Shown in pieces: positions 56,043 to 64,000 of a stretch of DNA of 64,000 bases. The notes under the pieces were generated by a model. That model saw nothing but the letters and a program-made list of their open reading frames with translations. It did no database searches and was not told the DNA's origin. This DNA is from Deltaproteobacteria bacterium. Lineage in GTDB: Bacteria > Myxococcota_A > UBA9160 > SMWR01. The first letter of the stretch is position 1. The number at the start of each line of letters is the position of its first letter. The position numbers and the translations under genes are program-made. The stretch is taken from NCBI GenBank assembly GCA_032128115.1, contig JAQBHB010000068.1, positions 1 to 64,000 of the forward strand, in the 5' to 3' direction.

Positions 56043-57349
56043 CCCAGGCGTTCCAGCGCCTCGCGCGTTTGGGCGTCTACCTCGATTGGCTTCCCGCCCT
56101 CGAGGGGCGGAGGCAGGCTCGCCAGCTCGCGCGCCAGCCGCTCGCGCAGACGCTCGGCGTCCTCGGGACGCTTCTCGATCAGATTGTCCCATTCCCTCGG
56201 ATCGCGCTTCAGATCGTAGAGGCGGTGATGGCCGAGGCTGTGGTGATGGTACTTGAGCGGACCGAGCCACAGCGCCTTCCACTCGCCCCCTTCCAGCGTG
56301 GGACCGATGGCGTAACCTTCCGCGATCAGGGCGCGGGGGCCGTCGGCGGCGGCGGCCGGCACGTCTTCGGAACCGATTCCGGCAGCAGCGAGGATCCACG
56401 CGTACACATCGTGGATCTGGACGGGTTCGTCCCGGGTCCGATCCGTGCGGGCGCGCCCGGGTGGCTTGACCAGCAGCGGGATGCTCACGAGCGCGTCGTA
56501 CAGGTGCCCACCGTGGCCCCACTCCCCGTTCTCCCCGAAGAGTTCTCCGTGGTCCGAGGTGACCACGATCAGCGTCTCCCGATAGAGCCCGCGCTCCCGC
56601 AGGAAGTCGAACAGGATTCCGATCTGCTCGTCCATGTAGTGGATCTCGGCGTCGTAGAGCGCCGAGAACTGCATGCGGTCGTTGGGGTCGGGATTCGCGC
56701 CCGGGCGAAGAAAGATCTCCGCGTGGTTCGAGGGAGGGTCGTAGGGAAAGTGTGGATCGAAGAAGTTGAGAAACAGGAAGAACGGACGCGAGTCGCCGCC
56801 CGCGATCCACGACTCGAGCCACGTGCGCGCACCGGACACGATCTCGCCGGCCCGGCGCCCAGCGTGGTCGACGATGTCGGCATCGTCGTAGTGTTCGAAT
56901 CCCGCCGCCAGACCAAAGCTGCGCAGCAGCCAGGGCCCCCCCACGACGCCCGCCGTGGCGTACCCGGCCTCGGCCAACCGCTGCGCCAGTGTCACCTCCC
57001 GGGGCGAGAGTCCGTGCGCGCGCAGCGCCTCCGGCGCCGCGATCCGATCCGACAGCAGCAATGAACCCTCCGGGTCGTAACGGGCCCCGTGACCCGAGGG
57101 AAGCTTTCCCGTGAACAGCGAGGCGTGGGCGGGATAGGTCCAGTGCGAGGTGGAGAGCGCCCGCGTGTATCTCACTGCGTCCCGGGCGAAGACGTCGAGA
57201 TTGGGGCTCGTCTCCCACCCGTAGCCATAGGCACCCAGTCGATCCGGGCGCGTCGTGTCGAGCGTCACCAGCACGATATTGGGCCGCGAGGCATCGGCGC
57301 AGCCGGCGAACAGCAGAAGTGTCAGAACCGCGAGACGAAGACGAACCAC
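56030..57349 (-). CDS. Sulfatase-like lipoprotein (alkaline phosphatase superfamily)
   Basis: Lipobox LLFAGC; NIVLVTLDT.R.D; WTYPAHASLFTG; DPHFPY; TSDHGE; L..LGY. Confidence 0.88.
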   Translation of the reverse strand: MVRLRLAVLTLLLFAGCADASRPNIVLVTLDTTRPDRLGAYGYGWETSPNLDVFARDAVRYTRALSTSHWTYPAHASLFTGKLPSGHGARYDPEGSLLLSDRIAAPEALRAHGLSPREVTLAQRLAEAGYATAGVVGGPWLLRSFGLAAGFEHYDDADIVDHAGRRAGEIVSGARTWLESWIAGGDSRPFFLFLNFFDPHFPYDPPSNHAEIFLRPGANPDPNDRMQFSALYDAEIHYMDEQIGILFDFLRERGLYRETLIVVTSDHGELFGENGEWGHGGHLYDALVSIPLLVKPPGRARTDRTRDEPVQIHDVYAWILAAAGIGSEDVPAAAADGPRALIAEGYAIGPTLEGGEWKALWLGPLKYHHHSLGHHRLYDLKRDPREWDNLIEKRPEDAERLRERLARELASLPPPLEGGKPIEVDAQTREALERLGYAR

Positions 57350-57525
57350 GTCCCCAAGGTGCACCAGACAGGGCGGACGGCTCAAGCCCACCGGACGCCC
57401 GCCGCGGGGCCATCGCCAGGGACCAGAGAACTCCAGCTGACCGATTTCGGAGCAAAACAATTGACTTTCCGTCGGAGATGGGACCATCGTGCCGAAGACG
57501 CTCCACAGACGTCAGGAGAAAGCGC

Positions 57526-58515
57526 GTGCGCACTTCGTGCCCGTCTCTCGCAGTTTCCCTCCCCGCCGTTCTCGTGTTCCTCGCTTCGTCGCCTGTTCTC
57601 GGGGCCCCCTTCTTCTCCATCGACGCTGCCTCGCCGTCCGTGCCGGGCGTCAACAACTCGGACGTCTTCACGGCACCGGGCCCCATCGGCGGACCTCCCG
57701 TGCTGGCCATCCCGGCGGCTGGACTCGGCCTCGTCGGAGCGCCCTTCGACGAGTTGAACGCCATGACGACGCCGGCTCCCCTGAACCTGTTCTTCTTCTC
57801 GGTGGACCGCCCCTCAGTGGGCGTGGCGGGCGCCCCGCCGAACGTATTCTCGGAGTCAGGGGTAGGCCAGGCCGCAGGCGATGTGTACGCCTCGCTGCTC
57901 GCGGGAGCCAACACCTTGTCGGCCAACCAGGATGTTCTTGGCGAGCTTCCCCCGATCCCGCCTGGTGTCGCCGCGATTCCGCCGATCGACAATCTGGACG
58001 CCCTCGACTTCCACGGTGGCCCCGGGTTGATCTTTGCGCTGGCGCCCGGGCATCCCTATCTGGGAGCCAGCGCCTTGTTCGGCTGCGGCGCCGATCTCTT
58101 TTTCCTGTCCGGGGCGCCCGCGATTCCCTTCGCAGCCATGGGCCTCCTGGGTTGCGCCGACGATGTCGATGCCCTCCAGATCGACTCGACCACCGGCGAC
58201 ATCTGGTTCTCACTCGCTCCCGGCTCGCCGTCGCTCCTCCCCGGATCGCCCATCGTCGGCTGCGCTGGAGGCTGCAGCCCCGCCGACATCTTCATGGCCG
58301 CGGGCGGAGCTCCGCCTTCCACGCTCGTGTTCCCAGCCGCCGCGCTCGGATTGCTGCCGACCGACAACGTAGACGCGATGGCGTGGGATCCGGTGCCGCC
58401 GGTTCCTTCGATGTCTCCCTTCGGCATGGCGCTGCTTGCGACCTTGATCGGTCTGGGCGCCGTGGGGGCGGTTCATCGCGGAAGGATCTCGCGCTCTTCA
58501 GCGCGGCGTATCTGA
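57526..58515 (+). CDS. Secreted repeat protein with IPTL-CTERM-like tail
   Basis: AGGAG RBS, GTG 57526; repeats (LGL)..D(N/D/E)(L/V)(D/N)A; tail VPSMSPFGMALL..HRGR. Confidence 0.78.
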   Translation: MRTSCPSLAVSLPAVLVFLASSPVLGAPFFSIDAASPSVPGVNNSDVFTAPGPIGGPPVLAIPAAGLGLVGAPFDELNAMTTPAPLNLFFFSVDRPSVGVAGAPPNVFSESGVGQAAGDVYASLLAGANTLSANQDVLGELPPIPPGVAAIPPIDNLDALDFHGGPGLIFALAPGHPYLGASALFGCGADLFFLSGAPAIPFAAMGLLGCADDVDALQIDSTTGDIWFSLAPGSPSLLPGSPIVGCAGGCSPADIFMAAGGAPPSTLVFPAAALGLLPTDNVDAMAWDPVPPVPSMSPFGMALLATLIGLGAVGAVHRGRISRSSARRI

Positions 58516-58814
58516 CGGTGGGATACCCCATGGCGGCGGCAGCGGTGTTCCTGCGTCGCGCTCGCGTGGGCGCCTGAGCCCAGCGAGCTCTCCCACCTGA
58601 AGTCCCCCGTGGGAATATCCGGCGAGACCGCGGAAAAGCGTTTCCATTCGACCGGAACACGTCTTCCGTCCCGCCGCGTGCGGCATGCTCAGCAAAGTCA
58701 CAACGCACCGGTATCTTGGCGTTTTTTCGCAGTGCCGGCCGACCCCATATGGGGCACAACCCCTGCAGGTGCGACGCGAGTGGGTGGGTGCCGCAAACGC
58801 GGCTTCGCCGGTTG

Positions 58815-61800
58815 ATGACTCCAGAAGCCGTGCGCCATCGGATCTTCGCCTGGGTCGCCGCCGTCTTCGCCAGCCTCGTCGCCGCACCGATTGCGGCCAG
58901 CCCGCCCGACCCGCAGGTGCTGCTCTACAACACCGAGGGAAACCGACTCCGCCGCTACGACGTGGACACCCTCGACACGACCCTCGTCGAGGACGTGCTG
59001 CAGCCGAGCGCCTCGGACGACCCGACCCACGGGCGCGACAGCAACGGCAGCATCTGCCGCTTCCACGACGGCAGCGGTCGCTACGTTCACGGCGAAGACA
59101 CGGACCAACCCACGCCCCCGGCTGGCTTCGGCGTCTTCTCGCCCGACGGCACCCAGGTGGGCAAGCTCACCCCCACCTATCCGGTCTACAGCTCGGGGCA
59201 GCCCGAGCCCCACGGCTGCGGGATCCGCGATGACGGCATCCTCTTTACCAGCGACGTGGGCCAGCAGGGCTTCGGCTTCGACAACGGCCAGCTCACCATG
59301 TGGTTTCCGCCCTACGACCACTTTCCCGGCCCGCTCCCGCCGGACCCGAACGCCTATCCGAACAACAACGACGCCAGCACCAACTTCTGCAAGATCGACG
59401 AGACGATCGGGACCGCTGCGAGCGTCGCAATCGACGGGCAGAATCGGGTGTACGTGGCTTCGTCGAGCGGGCTCGTGGTGTATCGCTACGACGGCACCTG
59501 GCCCACCGGCCTCGGCGTGGGCGAGGGCTGTGAAGACACGGACAGCGTCGGCACGCCCATGGTGGACGCTGGAGACATCACGCGCAGCGTATTCCTGCCC
59601 CAAAGCGGGCTCTCCACCTACTCGGGTCTGGCCATGGCCCCGGACGGCAACAGCATCTACGTGTCGACGGTGCTCGAGGGAAAGATTCGCGAGTACGACC
59701 TCTCGGGCACTTTCATCCGCATGATCGTGGATCACGCCGTGCCAGCCGGCACGTTGCCCACCAGCTACGGAAGTCCACAGGGCATCGACATCGGCCCCGA
59801 TGGAACGCTCTACTATGCAGACCTGGACCTGATTGGAACTCTCCCCAACGTGGGCCCCGGCCCGAACGGCAAGGTGTGGAGGGTGCGTTTCGACTCGGGC
59901 GGAGACCCACTGACTCCCGAGATCCTGCGCCAGAACCTGAGCTTCCCCGATGGGGTGGCGGTCCTCGCCGGCGATCTCGAGCCATCACGCCAGCGCACGC
60001 TGGCGGGCGGCCCCCGGCGTCAGGCCTTCTACGCCAACGAGTCGGTGATCACCCCCGCCAATGCGGCGAGCCTGGCCGTGCGCTGGACCTTTACCGCCGA
60101 CGGCGCCATCACCGGCTCGCCCACGGTTGCCGACGTGGACGTGCCCGGAGAGGGTGTGATCCCGGTGGTCTATTTCCTGTCGTGGGATCGCCATGTCTAC
60201 GCGGTGCGCATGAGTGACGGCAGTCTGATCTGGAAGACGCTGACCGACGAACAGCCGAACGCCGGCTTCCCCACCGTTGCCACGGTGGATGTGGCCGAGG
60301 TCGATGGCCAGGACATCGCCTACATCGGCTCCGGCGAGGCCGTCTACGCCCTCGACGCCGCCACTGGCGCCGAGATCTGGCGCTTCACGGCGGGCACCGG
60401 CTGCGGGACTCTCGGCGTGGGCGGGCCCTTCCCCGGCTTCTGCACGTCGTCCGGCGACGACGAACGCAACCAGATCGAAGGTTCGATCCTGGTGGCGGAC
60501 GGCACCGTCTTCGTGGGCATGGACGTGAACGACAAGGCGGTGGGCAAGGGCGGGATGTACGGCCTGGATGCCGGCGATGGCCGACTGCGCTGGTTCTTCG
60601 ACCTGGAAAGTGGCAGCACCTGCCGTCCGGCACCCAGCGACGACATCCGCCAGTACGATCCCTACCACAGCGAGAGCGAGCTAAATCTTCCCGTGGGCTT
60701 CCTCTCGATTCCCGGCTGCGACCACCCGCGCAACCGCAACGGCTGCGGAAACATCTGGTCGTCGGCCGCCGTCGATTTCGAGCGCGAGGCCCTCTTCGTG
60801 GCCTCGAGCAATTGCGATACCGACATGAATGGGGGCACCAACGAGCCGCCGCCGCCCATGCCCCCCTACGACGAGGCCCTGTTCTCTCTCACCTTCGAGG
60901 GCGATCCCGTCTGGGTGTGGCGACCGCGTTCGATCGACAACGCCGACCTGGCCTTCGGCGCCGCCCCGAATCTGTTCGAGATCGATTTCGGCGGCGCGAC
61001 GCGCCAGGTGGTGGGCGTGGGCAACAAGGATGGCAGCTACTACGTGCTCGACCGCGACGGAACCAACGAGGTCACGGACCTGGTGGAGCCCTACTGGTCG
61101 ACCCAGGTCGTCGCCGGGGGCGACATCGGCGGCATCGTGGCCACGGCCTCCGTGGACGAGGGCGCCGGGCGCATCTACTTCAGCACGGCCGCCGGTGACG
61201 GGGTCGTGAACGATCCCGCCATGGCCCTGCCGGCTCAGCAACCGACCCTGCACGCCCTGGACATGGATTCGGGCGCGATCCTCTGGCAGAACGACGCCGC
61301 AAATGGCTTCAGCCCGCCCGAGGACGCGAGCTTCGGACCCACGAGCGCGAGCCCGGGCGTCGTCTACTTCAACGCCGTGCCCGGCGCCTCCCTGCGCGTC
61401 CACGACGCGGCCACCGGCGCAGAACTCACGCGGATCGGTCTCTCGAACGCCGCGAGTGCGTCCATGGCCAGCGTGCGCGACGGCACCCTGCTGATCGGTG
61501 AGGGCATCGGGCCGGGCTTCACTGCCGGGATCGACTCGGACCTGACGGCCCTGTGCGTGCCAGGCACTACCGGCTGCGCCGCCTGCAACAACGGCCTGGA
61601 CGACGACGTGGACGGCGACACCGACGGGGCCGATGAGGACTGCGAGGGCCCCGCCGACGACTCCGAGTTCCCGGAATCCCAGTGGAAGCTCCACGGCACC
61701 GCCCAGGGCGGCAGCGTGGAGGTCACGATCGAAGGCGTGACGGTGGTGCTGGTGACGACATTCGGCGAGAGCGCCAGCGAGGTGATCGCGAACCTCGCTG

Positions 61801-62018
61801 GCGCCATCCGCAACGACCCGACGCTCGCGGCGTTGGGCACCACCGCGACTTCCCTGGGCTCCCTCGCCGCGATCTTCGGCGAGGTCACCCAGTTCAAGGT
61901 CAACGACCCGGGTCTCTCCCTCGGACTGCTGCTCCCCGCCCTCTCGGCCGGCGGACTCGCGCTGCTGACCGCACTCCTGGCGGGAACGGCATTCTCGATC
62001 ATGCGCCGCCGGCGCTAA
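58815..62018 (+). CDS. Large surface protein: NHL/SMP30-like propeller, PQQ-like propeller, Asp/Cys motif and IPTL-CTERM-like tail
   Basis: Signal peptide; YALDAATGAEIWRF, GLDAGDGRLRW, ALDMDSGAILWQ repeats; CNNGLDDDVDGDTDGADEDC; LPALSAGGLALL..RRRR. Confidence 0.85.
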   Translation: MTPEAVRHRIFAWVAAVFASLVAAPIAASPPDPQVLLYNTEGNRLRRYDVDTLDTTLVEDVLQPSASDDPTHGRDSNGSICRFHDGSGRYVHGEDTDQPTPPAGFGVFSPDGTQVGKLTPTYPVYSSGQPEPHGCGIRDDGILFTSDVGQQGFGFDNGQLTMWFPPYDHFPGPLPPDPNAYPNNNDASTNFCKIDETIGTAASVAIDGQNRVYVASSSGLVVYRYDGTWPTGLGVGEGCEDTDSVGTPMVDAGDITRSVFLPQSGLSTYSGLAMAPDGNSIYVSTVLEGKIREYDLSGTFIRMIVDHAVPAGTLPTSYGSPQGIDIGPDGTLYYADLDLIGTLPNVGPGPNGKVWRVRFDSGGDPLTPEILRQNLSFPDGVAVLAGDLEPSRQRTLAGGPRRQAFYANESVITPANAASLAVRWTFTADGAITGSPTVADVDVPGEGVIPVVYFLSWDRHVYAVRMSDGSLIWKTLTDEQPNAGFPTVATVDVAEVDGQDIAYIGSGEAVYALDAATGAEIWRFTAGTGCGTLGVGGPFPGFCTSSGDDERNQIEGSILVADGTVFVGMDVNDKAVGKGGMYGLDAGDGRLRWFFDLESGSTCRPAPSDDIRQYDPYHSESELNLPVGFLSIPGCDHPRNRNGCGNIWSSAAVDFEREALFVASSNCDTDMNGGTNEPPPPMPPYDEALFSLTFEGDPVWVWRPRSIDNADLAFGAAPNLFEIDFGGATRQVVGVGNKDGSYYVLDRDGTNEVTDLVEPYWSTQVVAGGDIGGIVATASVDEGAGRIYFSTAAGDGVVNDPAMALPAQQPTLHALDMDSGAILWQNDAANGFSPPEDASFGPTSASPGVVYFNAVPGASLRVHDAATGAELTRIGLSNAASASMASVRDGTLLIGEGIGPGFTAGIDSDLTALCVPGTTGCAACNNGLDDDVDGDTDGADEDCEGPADDSEFPESQWKLHGTAQGGSVEVTIEGVTVVLVTTFGESASEVIANLAGAIRNDPTLAALGTTATSLGSLAAIFGEVTQFKVNDPGLSLGLLLPALSAGGLALLTALLAGTAFSIMRRRR

Positions 62019-62028
62019 CGTTCGGGCC

Positions 62029-62661
62029 CTACTCCGTTTCGCCGACGATTTCGATCTCCGGAGTCCCACTGCCGTCATCGATGAGCATCTCTCCAACGAT
62101 GATGTTGCCTCGGTCGAGGCTCGCGGTCCCGGCGTCACAGCCACCTTCCACGGGGATGTCGAACGCCATGTCCGAGGCCGAGACACAGAGGCTGCCCCGA
62201 TCCCTGGTATGCCCCTTCTTGGGTCCCGGAGGCTTGGGGCCTCGCCCCACCAGGGTCAGGTCGGCAGTTCCCACGGTCATGATTCCATCTTCGTCCGTGC
62301 ACTCGTAGGTCCAGCCGGTCAGGCTCGCGGCGCCATCGGCGATAGCGACCGCGCCGGGCATGAACGCGCAAGTCAGCGGACCGAGGCTGCGATAGTTGAT
62401 CACGAGATCGCCCGGCACCAGGTTGCCCTCTTCATCCAGCACCAGAACCGAGCCGTCTTCCTGAACCATCGCGAATTCGAAGGCATGGGTAGGCGCCTCC
62501 AAGCCGTGCTTGTGGCCTCTTCCGTCCACCGGATCGTCCGGGTCCTGGAGGCCGCCGCTGATCTTGGCGAAGGCCACCGTATCCTGCGCGCCCGCCGAGC
62601 CTGTCAGGCCGAAGCACGCGATGAGCGCCGCCAGCGTCATTAGGGTCAGTCGATTCATCAT
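62029..62661 (-). CDS. Secreted hypothetical protein
   Basis: GGGAG RBS; signal peptide ending AGA-Q; acidic beta-rich body with 4 Cys. Confidence 0.7.
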   Translation of the reverse strand: MMNRLTLMTLAALIACFGLTGSAGAQDTVAFAKISGGLQDPDDPVDGRGHKHGLEAPTHAFEFAMVQEDGSVLVLDEEGNLVPGDLVINYRSLGPLTCAFMPGAVAIADGAASLTGWTYECTDEDGIMTVGTADLTLVGRGPKPPGPKKGHTRDRGSLCVSASDMAFDIPVEGGCDAGTASLDRGNIIVGEMLIDDGSGTPEIEIVGETE

Positions 62662-62909
62662 CTTTTATCTCCCATTGAGAAGCGCCTGAGTGCGCTTTGA
62701 TCCGCACGACGGGTTCCCCGTCGCGGCTCCACGACTCATCGGGAACGACTGGCCTGTTCTTGGTGAGCTACCGCACACCGGGAGTCGCACGCGGAAATGA
62801 ATTCCACGCTGCGTGCCCTGGGAGCTGCCCGCTGCCCATTCATGGGGTGGCAACCGCATCGGACCTGCGTTGGATCTGCCGGTTCGGAGGGAACCAGCCC
62901 GCAGCTGGC

Positions 62910-63896
62910 CTAGCTGGGCCGGAATCGAGCCGTCGATGGGTGGTCAAGCAGCTCGAAGCGCTGCGAAAGTGCGGCGATCGGTTCACCGCGCTGTTCGATC
63001 GCGTCGGCAGCGATCGGCCCCAGACCGGCTTCCGCCGCCGGACCCAGATACGGGATGTGAACCGGATCGAGACCCATCAGGCGCGCGCCGGTGGCGTCCA
63101 CGGCCACCGGGTTCGAACCCATCAGCAGCAGGTTCGCACGCCGCGGTGTCCCCATGATCGGGCCGTCGCCCTCCATGCCGACGATGCCGTCCACGATGGC
63201 CAGGTGGGGCCGCACTGCGGCGGTGATGTCCACGATCGAGCGCTCGATACCCACCTGGTGCAGCAGGTTCTTGGGCCAGCCGTAGAGGATGCCGGGCATC
63301 ACGCCGAAGAGGTTCTTCATGGAGAGCGTCATCCCCACCCAGTGGTGCGTCTTCAGCTTGGGCATGGACACGATCACGTCGGCTCGCTTCAAGGTCCTTG
63401 GCAGCCCGAAGCCCTGCAGTCCGGTGGCGCCCAGCTTGTTCTGCACCCCGTAGATCTCGTCGTGATTCAGGTCGAAGAAAGGCACCCGCAACTCCTCGAG
63501 CACTGCGTCCAGGCCCGACTGTTCCAGCACCAGGTAGCTGTCGCGGCAGTGGCCCTGCCCTTCGGCCACGAAGACCTCGCGTGCGTCGAGACCGCGAAAC
63601 ACCTCCACGGCCGCAGCGATCACGGCCGGATGCGTATTGATGTGGGGAGCGCTCTCGCTCGGCTCTACCAGGTTCGGCTTGAGCAGCACCGAGCGACCGC
63701 GGATGCGATCGCGATCCACTCCGATCTCGGCGAGACCCCGCCGCAGGATCGACGTCAGGTCGGCGTCGTAGCCATCGGCCCTGGCGATCACCACGGGTTC
63801 CCCTGCAGACGGAACGGGTCGGCTGCAGGCCGCAAGCGCGCACGCCGCCCCCACGGCCGCGCCGGAGCCCAGGACGAAATCGCGCCGGTTCAGCAC
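62910..63896 (-). CDS. DUF362 domain protein with Tat signal
   Basis: NRRDFV twin-arginine; LLKPNLV, THP, PKLKTH, SMKNLFG, DGIVGMEGDGP, VAVDA. Confidence 0.9.
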   Translation of the reverse strand: MLNRRDFVLGSGAAVGAACALAACSRPVPSAGEPVVIARADGYDADLTSILRRGLAEIGVDRDRIRGRSVLLKPNLVEPSESAPHINTHPAVIAAAVEVFRGLDAREVFVAEGQGHCRDSYLVLEQSGLDAVLEELRVPFFDLNHDEIYGVQNKLGATGLQGFGLPRTLKRADVIVSMPKLKTHHWVGMTLSMKNLFGVMPGILYGWPKNLLHQVGIERSIVDITAAVRPHLAIVDGIVGMEGDGPIMGTPRRANLLLMGSNPVAVDATGARLMGLDPVHIPYLGPAAEAGLGPIAADAIEQRGEPIAALSQRFELLDHPSTARFRPS

Positions 63897-63898
63897 GC

Positions 63899-64000
63899 CT
63901 ACGCCCCCGCTCCCAGCAGCGCCAGCGTGCGGTCCTGGGAGGCCAGCATCAGGTAGGCAAGCTCCACGCCCGCGTTCGAGCGGCGCGTGGCGCGGTCGGC
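63899..64000 (-). CDS. C-terminal end of a partial CDS upstream of DUF362
   Basis: Open frame ADRATRRSNAGVELAYLMLASQDRTLALLGAGA*, ending 2 nt before the DUF362 start. Confidence 0.55.
   Translation of the reverse strand, partial: ADRATRRSNAGVELAYLMLASQDRTLALLGAGA

Noticed and set aside
54732..57992. 1086-aa minus-strand ORF
   Set aside because: Shadow of the MFS, sulfatase-like and repeat-protein genes; no recognisable motifs.

Overview
GC-rich bacterial sequence. It is probably a Myxococcota-type (UBA9160-like) metagenome bin; this is inferred from gene content, C-terminal sorting tails and a REP-like element. It appears to contain joined contigs: the aconitase is cut at about 100 and a bioA C-terminal fragment begins abruptly at about 2367. 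Most genes are lipid, aromatic and sulfate-ester catabolic enzymes, transporters, signalling proteins, a SWIM-SNF2 helicase, a membrane MutS-like ATPase and several surface proteins. I found no rRNA, tRNA, CRISPR array or intact mobile element. Highlights: (1) a 964-aa chimera of a periplasmic binding protein, a GLIC-like pentameric ligand-gated channel ectodomain and an MscS pore, a candidate new type of ligand-gated channel; (2) an ArsC-family selenoprotein (UxxC plus SECIS-like hairpin) missed by the ORF track; (3) a recurrent TANNNT-N6-8-start pattern suggesting widespread leaderless mRNAs; (4) three kinds of C-terminal sorting tail, including a CGxGFEL..LPP..W.RRRR tail I cannot assign to a named family; (5) a coupled DUF455 diiron protein and ATP-grasp pair; (6) an intergenic element with two interleaved perfect inverted repeats; (7) several gene remnants. 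All family calls come from motif recognition by eye, not database searches.
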